Assembly (NCBI GenBank): GCA_963837175.1 | Contig: CAWIMJ010000007.1 | Location: forward strand, 9,008 to 73,007 | Direction: 5' to 3' | Length of the DNA: 64,000 nucleotides | DNA from: an uncultured Nitrososphaeraceae archaeon | GTDB lineage: Archaea > Thermoproteota > Nitrososphaeria > Nitrososphaerales > Nitrososphaeraceae | Part shown: one piece after another, positions 10,398-20,784 of the stretch | Position numbering within the stretch: position 1 is the stretch's first letter | How the letters are laid out: every line of letters begins with the position of its first letter | Made by a program: the position numbers and the translations under genes | Notes under the pieces: model-generated | Seen by the model: the letters and a program-made list of their open reading frames with translations, nothing else | Databases searched by the model: none | What the model was told of the DNA's origin: nothing

Positions 10398-10559
10398 ATG
10401 AGTAAGAGCAAATACAACTTCACTCTTTCAGATAGTGAGTGGCAAACTGTCTTAGACGCTCTTAGTAACACAATATTTAACCAAGATCTTACCGAGGACG
10501 CTAGAAAAAACGCAAAGGAATTGTTTTTGAAACTACAAAAAGAGATTCCTAATAAATGA
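10398..10559 (+). CDS. Small 53-aa protein below the ORF-track cutoff
   Basis: MSKSKYNFTLSDSEWQTVLDALSNTIFNQDLTEDARKNAKELFLKLQKEIPNK; TTTTATAA about 25-30 bp upstream; amphipathic helical pattern. Confidence 0.6.
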   Translation: MSKSKYNFTLSDSEWQTVLDALSNTIFNQDLTEDARKNAKELFLKLQKEIPNK

Positions 10560-10715
10560 ATAAGTTAAAACCTATTCAACAGGGGTCATATCTGACAATT
10601 TTTATGCTTTAAAATACAAATACAAAAAGGGTAAAATTTTATTTTTGATGGATTATTACTAACATACACTAATATACAAGTTATAGTCCAATTCTGATTT
10701 TGCTATTCTCTTTCA

Positions 10716-11057
10716 CTATTGAAGAACCTTTTCACCCTTATCTAATGTAGCAATATTAATTACTTGATCTATGGCAGATACGAAAATAACTCCATCGCCA
10801 TGTTCACCTGTCCTAGCAGACTCTGTAATAGCCTGAATGACAGAATCCATCAGATTATCAGGAACAACAATTTCAAATTTTGCTTTTGGAAGAAGATCAT
10901 ATGCAACAGGTTGGCCTCTCCATTGTAAATGGAGTTCTCTTTGTTTGCTCCATCCTGAAACAGTAGAAATTGTCATACCACCGACTCCCAATTGTCTGAG
11001 GCGCTCCTTGACAACTGGCATTCGTTCCGATCTTATAATTGCGTCTATCCTTTTCAT
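10716..11057 (-). CDS. glnB: P-II family signal protein (non-canonical)
   Basis: MKRIDAIIR, GMT, LLPK, TGEHGDGVIF; aligns without gaps to GlnB. Confidence 0.9.
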   Translation of the reverse strand: MKRIDAIIRSERMPVVKERLRQLGVGGMTISTVSGWSKQRELHLQWRGQPVAYDLLPKAKFEIVVPDNLMDSVIQAITESARTGEHGDGVIFVSAIDQVINIATLDKGEKVLQ

Positions 11058-11313
11058 ATGGAATTCAGTATGCAATTAGTCTTAAAATGTTTATGGTGAT
11101 AATATATTTGAAACTCAGATCAACAATCAAAAATTTACTTTTCTTAAGCAATAGAAAGAAAAAGATCGGATAAAAATTATCAGCTAAACTCTTAAATCAT
11201 CTCTATATTATCATTGTGTCTATGAAGGCATCAACAACCCTATAAATTGGCTAATAATCAACATATAGGCTCAAATTTAAATAGTAATAACAGATAATAT
11301 TGAACAGTATTAT

Positions 11314-12165
11314 TTATTTCTTAGTCACTGATTTCATTAATTTAAGAGTGTTTTGCAATGATGCATTTTCTATTGTTATTGCGTTTAAACTCTCTCCTAT
11401 AGGCTCCTTTATAGCCTGTCCACCAACTATTATAGGTATAGAAGAGTTAGATCTAATTTTGTTAACTAGCCTTATTCCGGCCTTGACGTTTTCTTCAAGA
11501 GTAATTGATAGGAGAATCAGATCAGGCTTGATATATCCTATATAATGCATAACTGAGTCGACAGGTACTGAAGGCGAAATGTTAAAAACATTGTATCCTC
11601 TACTTAATAACACTGATTCGATGACATTGCAACCGATGTTATGCAATTCACCATCTGGTGTGCATATAATTACTTTCTTCTTGTTGGTCGGTTTATGTAC
11701 TCTTTCATTAATTATCTTTACCAAGCTATGTGCAATATTACTACACACATGCTCTGTAGCAATATCAATTCGCTTATGCTCCCAAAGATCACCTATTTTA
11801 TACATTACTGGTTTTAACAGGTCGTCATAAAAGTCAGTCAAACCAAACGATTTGGTATACTTTTCGTAAATCTCAATTACATAAGTTAGATCACCATTAG
11901 ATAATCCTGTAACTATTTGCTCGCAAAGTCTTGATAAGACAACCGTACTTTTAACGTCTTGTCTTGAACCATAAGAAGATAAAAAAGCAAGGATTTTTGG
12001 GTCATTTTGATACTCTAGTGGTATATCGTTAATTGTGATGGTAGATATTTTTCCGAGATATTTTATTGTCTCCTGTCTAGAAGTATTGGTGTTTTTGTTC
12101 CAAATGCTTCGAACCAAATAGGCATAATCAATTCCTTTTACTTTCTTTTTTCTGATATAAACCAT
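11314..12165 (-). CDS. Cobalamin-binding (CarH/AerR-type) regulator with basic N-terminal domain
   Basis: W-x9-EH (WEHKRIDIATEH), ELHNIG (ExHxxG), LSIT and IVGGQA motifs. Confidence 0.82.
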   Translation of the reverse strand: MVYIRKKKVKGIDYAYLVRSIWNKNTNTSRQETIKYLGKISTITINDIPLEYQNDPKILAFLSSYGSRQDVKSTVVLSRLCEQIVTGLSNGDLTYVIEIYEKYTKSFGLTDFYDDLLKPVMYKIGDLWEHKRIDIATEHVCSNIAHSLVKIINERVHKPTNKKKVIICTPDGELHNIGCNVIESVLLSRGYNVFNISPSVPVDSVMHYIGYIKPDLILLSITLEENVKAGIRLVNKIRSNSSIPIIVGGQAIKEPIGESLNAITIENASLQNTLKLMKSVTKK

Positions 12166-12629
12166 CCTTTATTATTAATATTCTTGTTAATAATTTTAAA
12201 GTATCCTATTATACTAACCGTCCTATCGTTTTATTATTCTCAATTTTCGATTCTGCTTCCAATAGTAAGAAGTATAATTCTATATTCTATGCCGATGATA
12301 AAATAACCTTAGATATTTTTACTTGATGATTGACATAGTTCATTTTAATTCTGCATTTAATTTAATTTAATTTGAAAATTAAAAAATAATTTATAGTCCG
12401 CTATAATGTATCACAATTTCTCTGATAGCCAAATTTAGTAATTGAAAGCTGTTCATCATCGAAGACAATCTACTGCTTCACTAGCTTATGTCTTACCAAT
12501 AGAAAGCAAAAGATAGTCAAGGCATTCTCATCACTTCTTATTTTTGACTTATCTGATTCTATGAACTTGCTAATAATTTCTTACACATTCTAGTAATATA
12601 TATTTCGAAGTAGAGTTATTCTGGATATT

Positions 12630-13274
12630 ATGTTAGGAGATATCGATATAAGAAGGTTGATTGAAAAAAAACTTGATAAAATATACGATGACTTTACGAC
12701 CGTAGATAAGAGTAATCCTGACAGGATTCATGCTCTTGAAGTAACTAGGTGCACTCGATTATCATACTATGAACGCAAAGATCCTCTCCTTGCTGATAAA
12801 ACTGAAAGGCTTTCTGTTCTGCTCAAGGATGGTATCAGACGGACATTTAATAATATTCACGGCGAATATAAAGTCGACAACTTAATACTTGAAGTGAATG
12901 CAGATATGATAATTAATGAAGAGTTTATTTTAAGATTTGAAGTTGTAGCGGATCTTCCTGAAATTCCTCATCCACGAGATCTTTTATATCTGAATTCATG
13001 TCTTTTCGCCTTTAACAAAAATGATGGAATTATAATGTATATTAATTTGGAAGGAAGAACCATCGAGTTTTCTGTTACTAAAAATAATAGGATGTTTGAA
13101 GAGATTATACGAAGAACACGCGTGTTGAATACATTATTGAAGGAACGCAAAGTTCCTATAATAGAGCCTTCTGAGCTTTGCTTAAAATGTAAGTATTATG
13201 GGAGATGCTATTATAGAGAAAATAAAACTTCCAACTTTTCTCTGGAAACCTTGCTTGGTCTTGGAAAAAAGTGA
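12630..13274 (+). CDS. Solo Cas4-like Fe-S protein with degenerate nuclease motifs
   Basis: IHALEVTRCTR (Cys1) plus C-terminal CLKCKYYGRC; no E-x-K or QxxxY visible. Confidence 0.7.
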   Translation: MLGDIDIRRLIEKKLDKIYDDFTTVDKSNPDRIHALEVTRCTRLSYYERKDPLLADKTERLSVLLKDGIRRTFNNIHGEYKVDNLILEVNADMIINEEFILRFEVVADLPEIPHPRDLLYLNSCLFAFNKNDGIIMYINLEGRTIEFSVTKNNRMFEEIIRRTRVLNTLLKERKVPIIEPSELCLKCKYYGRCYYRENKTSNFSLETLLGLGKK

Positions 13275-13491
13275 ATAATTAGATAATACTATTAACTAGA
13301 GAGGCAATACCATTGTGATCTTTATGTGGATCAGATACCTTATTACCTATCTTGCTCTCGCTTCAAAACTATATCCAATAATAACGAGATCCAGTTTTCC
13401 AGTATATACACTTCACTGTTATCTAAGTGGTACTCAAAAGTTTTAACCTATCTGATAGACTGATATATATCAAATTATATTATGATAAATA

Positions 13492-14044
13492 TTAAGGGAA
13501 TGTTAAATTAAACTCCATATCTCCCCCAGTTGCTTGGAAACTTGAAGTCTGTTTATATGAATATGTCCCATTTATAATATAATTTGCACGGCCATCTACT
13601 ATCTTATCCCAAATGGCAGCATTCAGATCATTTCTCTCTACAGTTTGAACATCTTTTAAAGTTACTGTACCGTTTCCTATAATAGGATATATTCCTTCTT
13701 GCGAAGCTACAAATCCTTCTGGCTTTTCTCCAATATCTCCAGAAATTACACGCATATTATCTACAAAGACATTATATTGAATTGCTTCAAGAATTACAGT
13801 TCCCATATTTGGATTATATGCATCAAAAACAACTTGAATTTCGGCAATATTATCAGCAGTTTGGTTGGCGAGCTAGATTATTGACAGAAAGTCCTATTGC
13901 CTTTATATTCATTAATGCGCCCTGATTAAAACCTTGTCCAATAAAGTTAGTATTATTGAAAATTCCTGTATTCATAATAAGAAATATCGCTATTGCCACT
14001 GCAGCAATACCTCCGCCGGCTGCATACATGGCCTTTTTGTTCAT
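13492..14044 (-). CDS. Membrane-anchored LEA-2/WHy-like protein, split by a frameshift near 13870
   Basis: N-terminal TM in 13853-14044; the other frame continues QVVFDAYNPNMGTVILEAIQY (NPN motif) into ORF 13492-13806. Confidence 0.6.
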
Positions 14045-14245
14045 ATTATGTTCATGATTGTGGTTCTTTATAAACAGAGAGAGATCTAGATGGCCTAATA
14101 GATCGCATGTTATATCGATATACGATAGAATCCTTTGGTTATTTTCTCATCACAAACATGTTATATAGCGATCCCTTGTAGACAACGGTCTTTTATTTAT
14201 CTCTAAGCATATTACTAGCTCTTTTGTATATTACTATAACAAAGT

Positions 14246-16048
14246 ATGAAGAATGCCGATATAGCGAAGATATTTCGTAAAATTGGATTCATGATAGAAA
14301 TCGGAGAAAATGACATAAATGCAACTTTTAGAGCTAGAGCATACAAGCGAACATCTGATGTCATCGCAAGATTGTCTGCAAACATTGAAGAAATATACAG
14401 AAAAGAGGGAGTAGAGGGACTACAAAAGATTCCTTCAATCGGAAAAGCAATTGCCTTAAAAATTGAGGAGTGTATAATGACAGGAAAAATAAAGTACTTT
14501 GAACGGTTAAAGACAACAACTCCAATAAATATTGACGACTTTTATAGTTTAGAAAGTATTAGTCCCAAGACATTTAAAGTTCTTTATGATAAATTGAAAA
14601 TCAAAGATTTATCAGATCTAGAAAAAGCAGCATCAGAAGGAAAGCTTCAGGATATTCCAGGTTTTTCTCAAAAGAAAGAAGAGACAATTCTAAAAAAAAT
14701 TCAAATATTCAAGAAAGGTACAAGTAGATATCTTATAGGAGAAGTTTATCCTATTATAAAGCAAATAGAATCTCGTCTATCTAATGTTAAAGGAGTAAAA
14801 AGAGCTGTAGCGGCAGGTTCTTTTAGGAGAATGAAAGAAACAATAGGCGATATTGATTATGTTGTAGTCTCTGATAGTCCTGAAAAGGTAATAAACTACT
14901 TTGTTAATATGCCTGAGGTTGATGAGATCATTAGTAGAGGACCAAGCAAGTCATTTGTGCGTCTGAACAATGAAATGGATGCAGATTTGTTGGTTGTTCC
15001 TCAAGAAAGTTTTGGCTCATCACTGCAATATTTTACTGGTAGCAAAGAACATGGTGTTGCAATGCGAAAGATTGCACTTGCAAAAGGTCTTCACTTGAAT
15101 GAATGGGGAATTTTTGACAATGATAAGAAAAGAGTTGCGGGTTTTACTGAAGAAGAAGTTTATCAAGCGTTAGATTTGGATTGGATTCCTCCGGAGATGC
15201 GTGAAAATACTGGGGAAATTGAGCTTGCAAGAAAAAGAGGATACCTGTCAAGGTTAATAAAATATAATAGTTTGAAAGGTGATTTGCAAGTTCATAGTAA
15301 CAATACCGATGGAACAATGTCTATAGAAGAAATGGCCCTAGCTGCAAAAGAAAAATTTGGCCTTGAATATGTTGCTATCACAGACCATACAAAAAGCTTG
15401 AAATTGACTAATGGACTTGATGAAAAACAGATACTGGATCAAGCTAATAAAATTTCAGAAATTAATGACAAGTTAAAATTAATGAATCAGTATACTAAAA
15501 GATCAAAAAAAAATCATCATCATCATGATCATCATATATTCTCAGGCAATTTTCGAATTTTGTCATCTGCCGAAGTAAATATAATGAAGGATGGATCGCT
15601 TGATATTGCGAATAATGTGTTAGATAAACTTGACATAGTAGGAGCAGCAATACATTCTAGTTTCGCACAACCAATAGAAGTCCAAACTGAGAGATTAATA
15701 AGAACTGCACAGAATCCTAGTGTTGATATTATTTTTCATCCTACGGGTAGACGAATAAATAAAAGAGAAGGATATGCTGTTAATATGAAGAAATTGATAG
15801 ATGTAGCAAAAGATACAGACACTGTTCTGGAAATCGATGCTCATTATGACCGTCTTGATCTAAAAGACGATTATATAAGAATGGCAGTTGAAAATAGTAT
15901 TAAACTTGTCATTGATTCAGATGCACATCATCCTGTCCATTTTGCCTTTTTGAAATTTGGTATAGGTCAAGCCAGACGGGGTTGGGCAAAACAATCGGAT
16001 ATACTTAATACCTTATCTGTTGATGCATTACTAAAAAGCTTAAAATAA
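14246..16048 (+). CDS. polX: DNA polymerase X family / PHP phosphoesterase fusion
   Basis: GSFRRMKETIGDID, YFTGSKEH, LNEWG, DLQVHS, ITDH, FHPTGR, DSDAH. Confidence 0.95.
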   Translation: MKNADIAKIFRKIGFMIEIGENDINATFRARAYKRTSDVIARLSANIEEIYRKEGVEGLQKIPSIGKAIALKIEECIMTGKIKYFERLKTTTPINIDDFYSLESISPKTFKVLYDKLKIKDLSDLEKAASEGKLQDIPGFSQKKEETILKKIQIFKKGTSRYLIGEVYPIIKQIESRLSNVKGVKRAVAAGSFRRMKETIGDIDYVVVSDSPEKVINYFVNMPEVDEIISRGPSKSFVRLNNEMDADLLVVPQESFGSSLQYFTGSKEHGVAMRKIALAKGLHLNEWGIFDNDKKRVAGFTEEEVYQALDLDWIPPEMRENTGEIELARKRGYLSRLIKYNSLKGDLQVHSNNTDGTMSIEEMALAAKEKFGLEYVAITDHTKSLKLTNGLDEKQILDQANKISEINDKLKLMNQYTKRSKKNHHHHDHHIFSGNFRILSSAEVNIMKDGSLDIANNVLDKLDIVGAAIHSSFAQPIEVQTERLIRTAQNPSVDIIFHPTGRRINKREGYAVNMKKLIDVAKDTDTVLEIDAHYDRLDLKDDYIRMAVENSIKLVIDSDAHHPVHFAFLKFGIGQARRGWAKQSDILNTLSVDALLKSLK

Positions 16049-16110
16049 ATGAATTGATCAGCATATACAATTTTTATATTCCCCTCAGGTTAGTAACCAT
16101 CGTACAGTAT

Positions 16111-16669
16111 ATGCATAGCCCAACTCTAGAGAGAGATGAGACAACTACAAAGAAGATTTTTCTTGGAATTTTCTACTTTTGTGCCGCTGCCATGGCGATT
16201 ATCACCTTTTATTCTATATATGTGAGTACACTAGAATACCTTGTTACAGGAAGAGTAGTTATCGGTGAAGTACTTGTTAACACAGAATTTCCAGTACCTG
16301 GATTTGCAAAACTTGTCACTTATTTAATGATAGTATCTGTGTTAGGATGGTATTGTGTAACCAGACTAGGCGGCGAGAAAGTGAAAAATATTCCTAAAAC
16401 TGTAAAGTCTATCTTACAGTTGATTGTCTTATCTCTAGCAGGTACCAGCTCTGTATGAATTCATTTACAATTTTATAGTATGGAATTCACTAATCACAGC
16501 AGATGCAATAAAAGGAATAATAAGACTTGATGACATAAATGTAGCATATCCTAATCCCAAAACACCGTGGAATCTTGTATTTGCGACCAAAATGTCTCTT
16601 GCTGCATTTCTGATCTCTGCTCATGGATTTTATACTATGTCTAAACCTAAGAAGAAGCAGCCTGAATGA
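16111..16669 (+). CDS. Multi-pass membrane protein, frameshift near 16441
   Basis: Hydrophobic ORF continues in another frame as ALYEFIYNFIVWNSLI...PWNLVFATKM...KKKQPE* (stop 16667-16669). Confidence 0.65.
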
Positions 16670-17604
16670 GATTAATATCTAAAATTAGACATTATCGTTG
16701 CATTTGCATTTCCTCCATCTAATTTAAATTTTATCATGTTAGAAACTTGTGAATATATTCCATAATAAATTACGCTAAGCTACAGTATGACTATCGCCTC
16801 TAATAGTACATTCGTTGCAGCTCTCAGAAACTTCATGCAGCTTCATCAGTTTGCTTCTTTTAATATACATGATTAAAAATAATATCGTTAGCTTTACCAA
16901 TATCAATGCGAGTCTGCTATCGTAGCATTTGTTTTGAGTTCTTTCTATAAAATCTTTTAACACTACTCTGTAGTTCCTAAAATAGGATAGATGCATTCAG
17001 TGCAACATGCATAGCACTTTTATTTTCTGGCTTTAGCTTTTCTTTATGGATTTCTGATTCCGAATTTTTTATTTAAAGATTAGTATTCTATTACTAATAG
17101 TCATGATAGGCATAATAATCATTCAATGATTATATCTTTTTTAGTTGATATTTTATTATACTTTATCAATCTTAGAAACTAGACTTATGATCTGTCAAGA
17201 GTAGGTCAACTATCATATTCTCAAAGGAATAATTCTGTCTTCAAATGGAGAGAATTATAGAAGAGGTTGTTAACGACTGCTACCGTTATATTACTACATG
17301 ATGCAAAGTGCTTGATTTAGGGTATATTATATAACAATTTGTTTTATCTACTAAGGTATATAGCAATAAAGCACCAAATTACTGTTACATTGTTATACAA
17401 AGAAAAATAGCGATTAATAATAAATGTTCTACCACAATAGATAATCATATGCCATGAATTTCTACCTGTTAAACAATATCTCAAGAAAATAAACAATGCT
17501 ATTTATCGAGACTCGTCTTTGATATGATAAATGGAGATTTTTGACGAGGCATTATTGACATGACTATTTATTTTTTTGAATTCGTTGATCTTCTTTGCAT
17601 TGAT

Positions 17605-18714
17605 TTAACCTGGCCGATCTAGTAGTCCTAAATCATTAATGTATGTTCGAAAAGAGGTTTCAAACTTATTCCATGTATATTTGGATGCATTGTCTAAGCA
17701 TACACTCTTCATATATTCTCTATTTTTTATACAATATTCAATTCCTTTAACAATTTCCTGAGGAATTCTTCTGCACATAAAGCCTGTATCTTTATGTTTC
17801 TGTATATCCAAAATTTCCCCACTATCATCACAATATACAACTGGTTTTCCATATGCATTAGCTTCAAGTGGCGTAATACCAAAATCCTCGTCTATGTATG
17901 GTGCCAGGAAAACATCACAATTGCTGAATAATTCTGCCTTTTCTTGCTCAGAAAACTCTTTGACTATAATCTGTACATTATTAGGCAGGGTCTGATTATT
18001 TATAGTTTCGATTGTAGTATCATATGGTCCAGCTATCACAAAATCGTAATCAGGCATAATATGTGCCGTCTTTAGTATAATATCAATACCCTTCTGTATT
18101 ACATTAAGCCTAGAGAAAGCCAAAATAAAAAAACGTCCACTTTTTTTATACAACTCATCTAGTGTAGCGCTTCGAGCTTGGGATATTGCCGCTACTATAT
18201 CACAACCTGGATGGATAATATCAAAATTGGAAATTCGATTATACTTTTTGAGTCGTATGCCTACTGTTTGGCTGTTCACTATGATGTGTGATCTTTTGAG
18301 ATTAGGAGTGAGGTAGATACTATCTGCAAGTCTACATATTACAGTTAATAATATATACACCATTTTTTTTCGTATCCCTTTTTTTTGTTTAAATGACTGC
18401 CAAAATAGATCGTAGTATTGTTTTATATGATGCTGAAAATATATAATATGATTTCTATGCCTAATGCAATGCGAATCAGGTTGCAGGGTTATGCTTATAT
18501 CAAAGTCTGAGAAATCAGCATTAGATATTTTGGCTAAATAGAAGATTCTAAATAAATCCTTCCATTTTCTTGGTAAATACCTAGGCAAATATTCTTCGCT
18601 GTGAATGTATTTGATAAGTACTTTATGATCATCAAGTGCACTTATCATATGCTTGATAATTTCATTATTTCCTCCTTCCTTTTGTCTTCCATCGGCAAGT
18701 ATTAGAATCCGCAT
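17605..18714 (-). CDS. Glycosyltransferase family 4
   Basis: FSRLNVIQKG, EDFGITPLEANAYGKPV (E-x7-E). Confidence 0.9.
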   Translation of the reverse strand: MRILILADGRQKEGGNNEIIKHMISALDDHKVLIKYIHSEEYLPRYLPRKWKDLFRIFYLAKISNADFSDFDISITLQPDSHCIRHRNHIIYFQHHIKQYYDLFWQSFKQKKGIRKKMVYILLTVICRLADSIYLTPNLKRSHIIVNSQTVGIRLKKYNRISNFDIIHPGCDIVAAISQARSATLDELYKKSGRFFILAFSRLNVIQKGIDIILKTAHIMPDYDFVIAGPYDTTIETINNQTLPNNVQIIVKEFSEQEKAELFSNCDVFLAPYIDEDFGITPLEANAYGKPVVYCDDSGEILDIQKHKDTGFMCRRIPQEIVKGIEYCIKNREYMKSVCLDNASKYTWNKFETSFRTYINDLGLLDRPG

Positions 18715-18723
18715 ATTGGTTTA

Positions 18724-19945
18724 TTACGCCTTTAAACCTCTTCTCGTATCTATTATAGAATAGTATAGTTGGGAATGTTGTCTAGCAACAAAATTCCATT
18801 TTAGTTTCTGCTTAAACACATCTACAGTTTCAGCATATTTAAAATAATTCCTGTCTAATTTTTTAATTCCCTGGGAAAAAGCGTGAGGATTTCTTTTGGC
18901 AGTTATTCCTAATCCTTTGGCACCAAATTCTCTAAAGAATTCTAAATCTGTAGCTATAAATGGTAATCCATGGGCTAGAGCGTCAAACATTACGCCTGAC
19001 CCAGCAGTTACTTTGTATGGTAATATTGCTACATCAGAAGCGTAAAATAATATAGATAGTTCTTCCTCACTGAGAAACCCCCTTTGTAAATCTAGGATAT
19101 TTTCTGTGTTCTCCCAGTTAAGATTGAGGTTTTCAGTACTGTAGTGGCCTTTTGAAGAATTTACTACCAAGATCCATCCATCTGGAAGTTTCATCTTTCC
19201 TAGAATATCCCAACCTTTAGTAGCTGTCCTAAATCCTAGTGCTAAAGCTATTCTATATCCATGTTCTTGAGGTAGAGAGAATTTTTCCCTTGCTTCTTTC
19301 TTGGTTAGTGGAGGATATATGGCTGGCTCAAATCCATGATAAATTATATGGCATTTACTACTAGCACTGTCCCCAATATCATTAGTACCTACCACCAAGT
19401 CTCTCTGACATATAACGTGAGAAGACTATGCCTGCTGTGCTCATCCTAAGTTTTTCTTTATTTAAGTTATTGAAAGCCTGATAATTTAGAAAATACTTCC
19501 AGAACCTTACCAATGCTCGAGCAGGTATCCCTAATTTTCCTATTCTGCCACATTTTTTAATTAATGATGCTTGGCTAATCCATTGACCGAGAGAATATCC
19601 AGTATGAAATGTTGTGACTATAGGGATTTTACATTTGGTATAAAATGGATCAATATATGTCCCACTTTTTTTTGGATCGAATGGATCCAATATTAATCCA
19701 TATAGACCAGGCTCAAATTGTACATGTACAACATCAGGCTTTAGATCATTAATTATTTTTAACAATACATCGGAATTGTTCGGATTCTTAGGAGCTATAC
19801 CGGAATATTGTCCATCCCCTTTCTCATCGCATACAACATATACATCTAAACCATCTTTTCTAAGCTCATTTGTAAGGTTTGATGTATAACGTCCTACACC
19901 ACCTGGCATGGGTGGATATTCTGTAGAGACCATTAGTACTTGCAT
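18724..19945 (-). CDS. Glycosyltransferase family 4, split by a frameshift near 19388
   Basis: EYPPMPGGVGRY N-terminus; SGVMFDALAHGLP C-terminus; the two ORFs overlap. Confidence 0.85.
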
Positions 19946-20004
19946 CGTTGTCTTAGATCACCCAATTCTACTTTTCATAAAGATGTAAAGAGACCTAATT
20001 TTCT

Positions 20005-20505
20005 TTAGCTCCACATTTTACCAAATGTTTGACCTTCCATTAGCGTTAACAGGCCTTGTCTATAAATCTCAAATTTCTTTTTTTTCTCTTCTGTTAACGC
20101 ATTATTTGAACGCAATAATTCTTCTAATGCATCTAACTGTAATATTCCCATTGGTATCATCAAGTCCTTTTCTTTTCCTGGTGCTGCTTTGTAAAGGTAA
20201 GGATTTTCTTCTATAGACAATGCCTGTTCTAACCTGAATTGTCTTTTTCTATGTATATAATGACCACCAAGTATGCTAACAATGGTAAAAAGTATTGTAG
20301 CTGTAATCATAAAAACCCAGATATTTGAGAACACGATATTTAGAACAGGTACATTTTCTAAAAGTAGTTTATACTGAATTGTAATCCAATTGGTTATAGC
20401 TACAAACAATGCTATATATGCTGAATAAAATTGTCTAGATTCCCAAAATCTGCGTCCTAGCCATTCTAGTATCCCACCATATTGTTTATGAACCATAAAT
20501 TTCAA
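20005..20505 (-). CDS. Two-TM membrane protein
   Basis: Two hydrophobic helices; co-oriented with the two GT4 genes. Confidence 0.65.
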   Translation of the reverse strand: MKFMVHKQYGGILEWLGRRFWESRQFYSAYIALFVAITNWITIQYKLLLENVPVLNIVFSNIWVFMITATILFTIVSILGGHYIHRKRQFRLEQALSIEENPYLYKAAPGKEKDLMIPMGILQLDALEELLRSNNALTEEKKKKFEIYRQGLLTLMEGQTFGKMWS

Positions 20506-20784
20506 GATAATACAAACCTCTTTTGATTATATAGTTTTGGAAAATATGCGTTTATTAGAACTACAACAACTTTAAAATAAATGATTGGCATTTTTCTTTC
20601 ATATGAGAGTAAAAACTCCATTAGCTATGGCTCTGCTTTATTTGATTTCCTCTTCAATATGGCTGATACGAATCTTTTATTTTAGAATAAATAAAAAGGA
20701 AAAGAAGTTACTATAAGAAATCCTGTTAATCTTTTATATAATTCTATTTATAATATATATAATAAGTTATATAAGCAATAGATA

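Noticed and set aside
12630-13274. CRISPR-Cas locus suggested by the Cas4-like gene
   Set aside because: No repeat-spacer array or other cas genes were seen.
19350-19400. Second BHB intron at the frameshift of GT4 18724-19945
   Set aside because: Only a weak GU-rich hairpin; no consistent central or outer helix; a 1-bp indel is sufficient.
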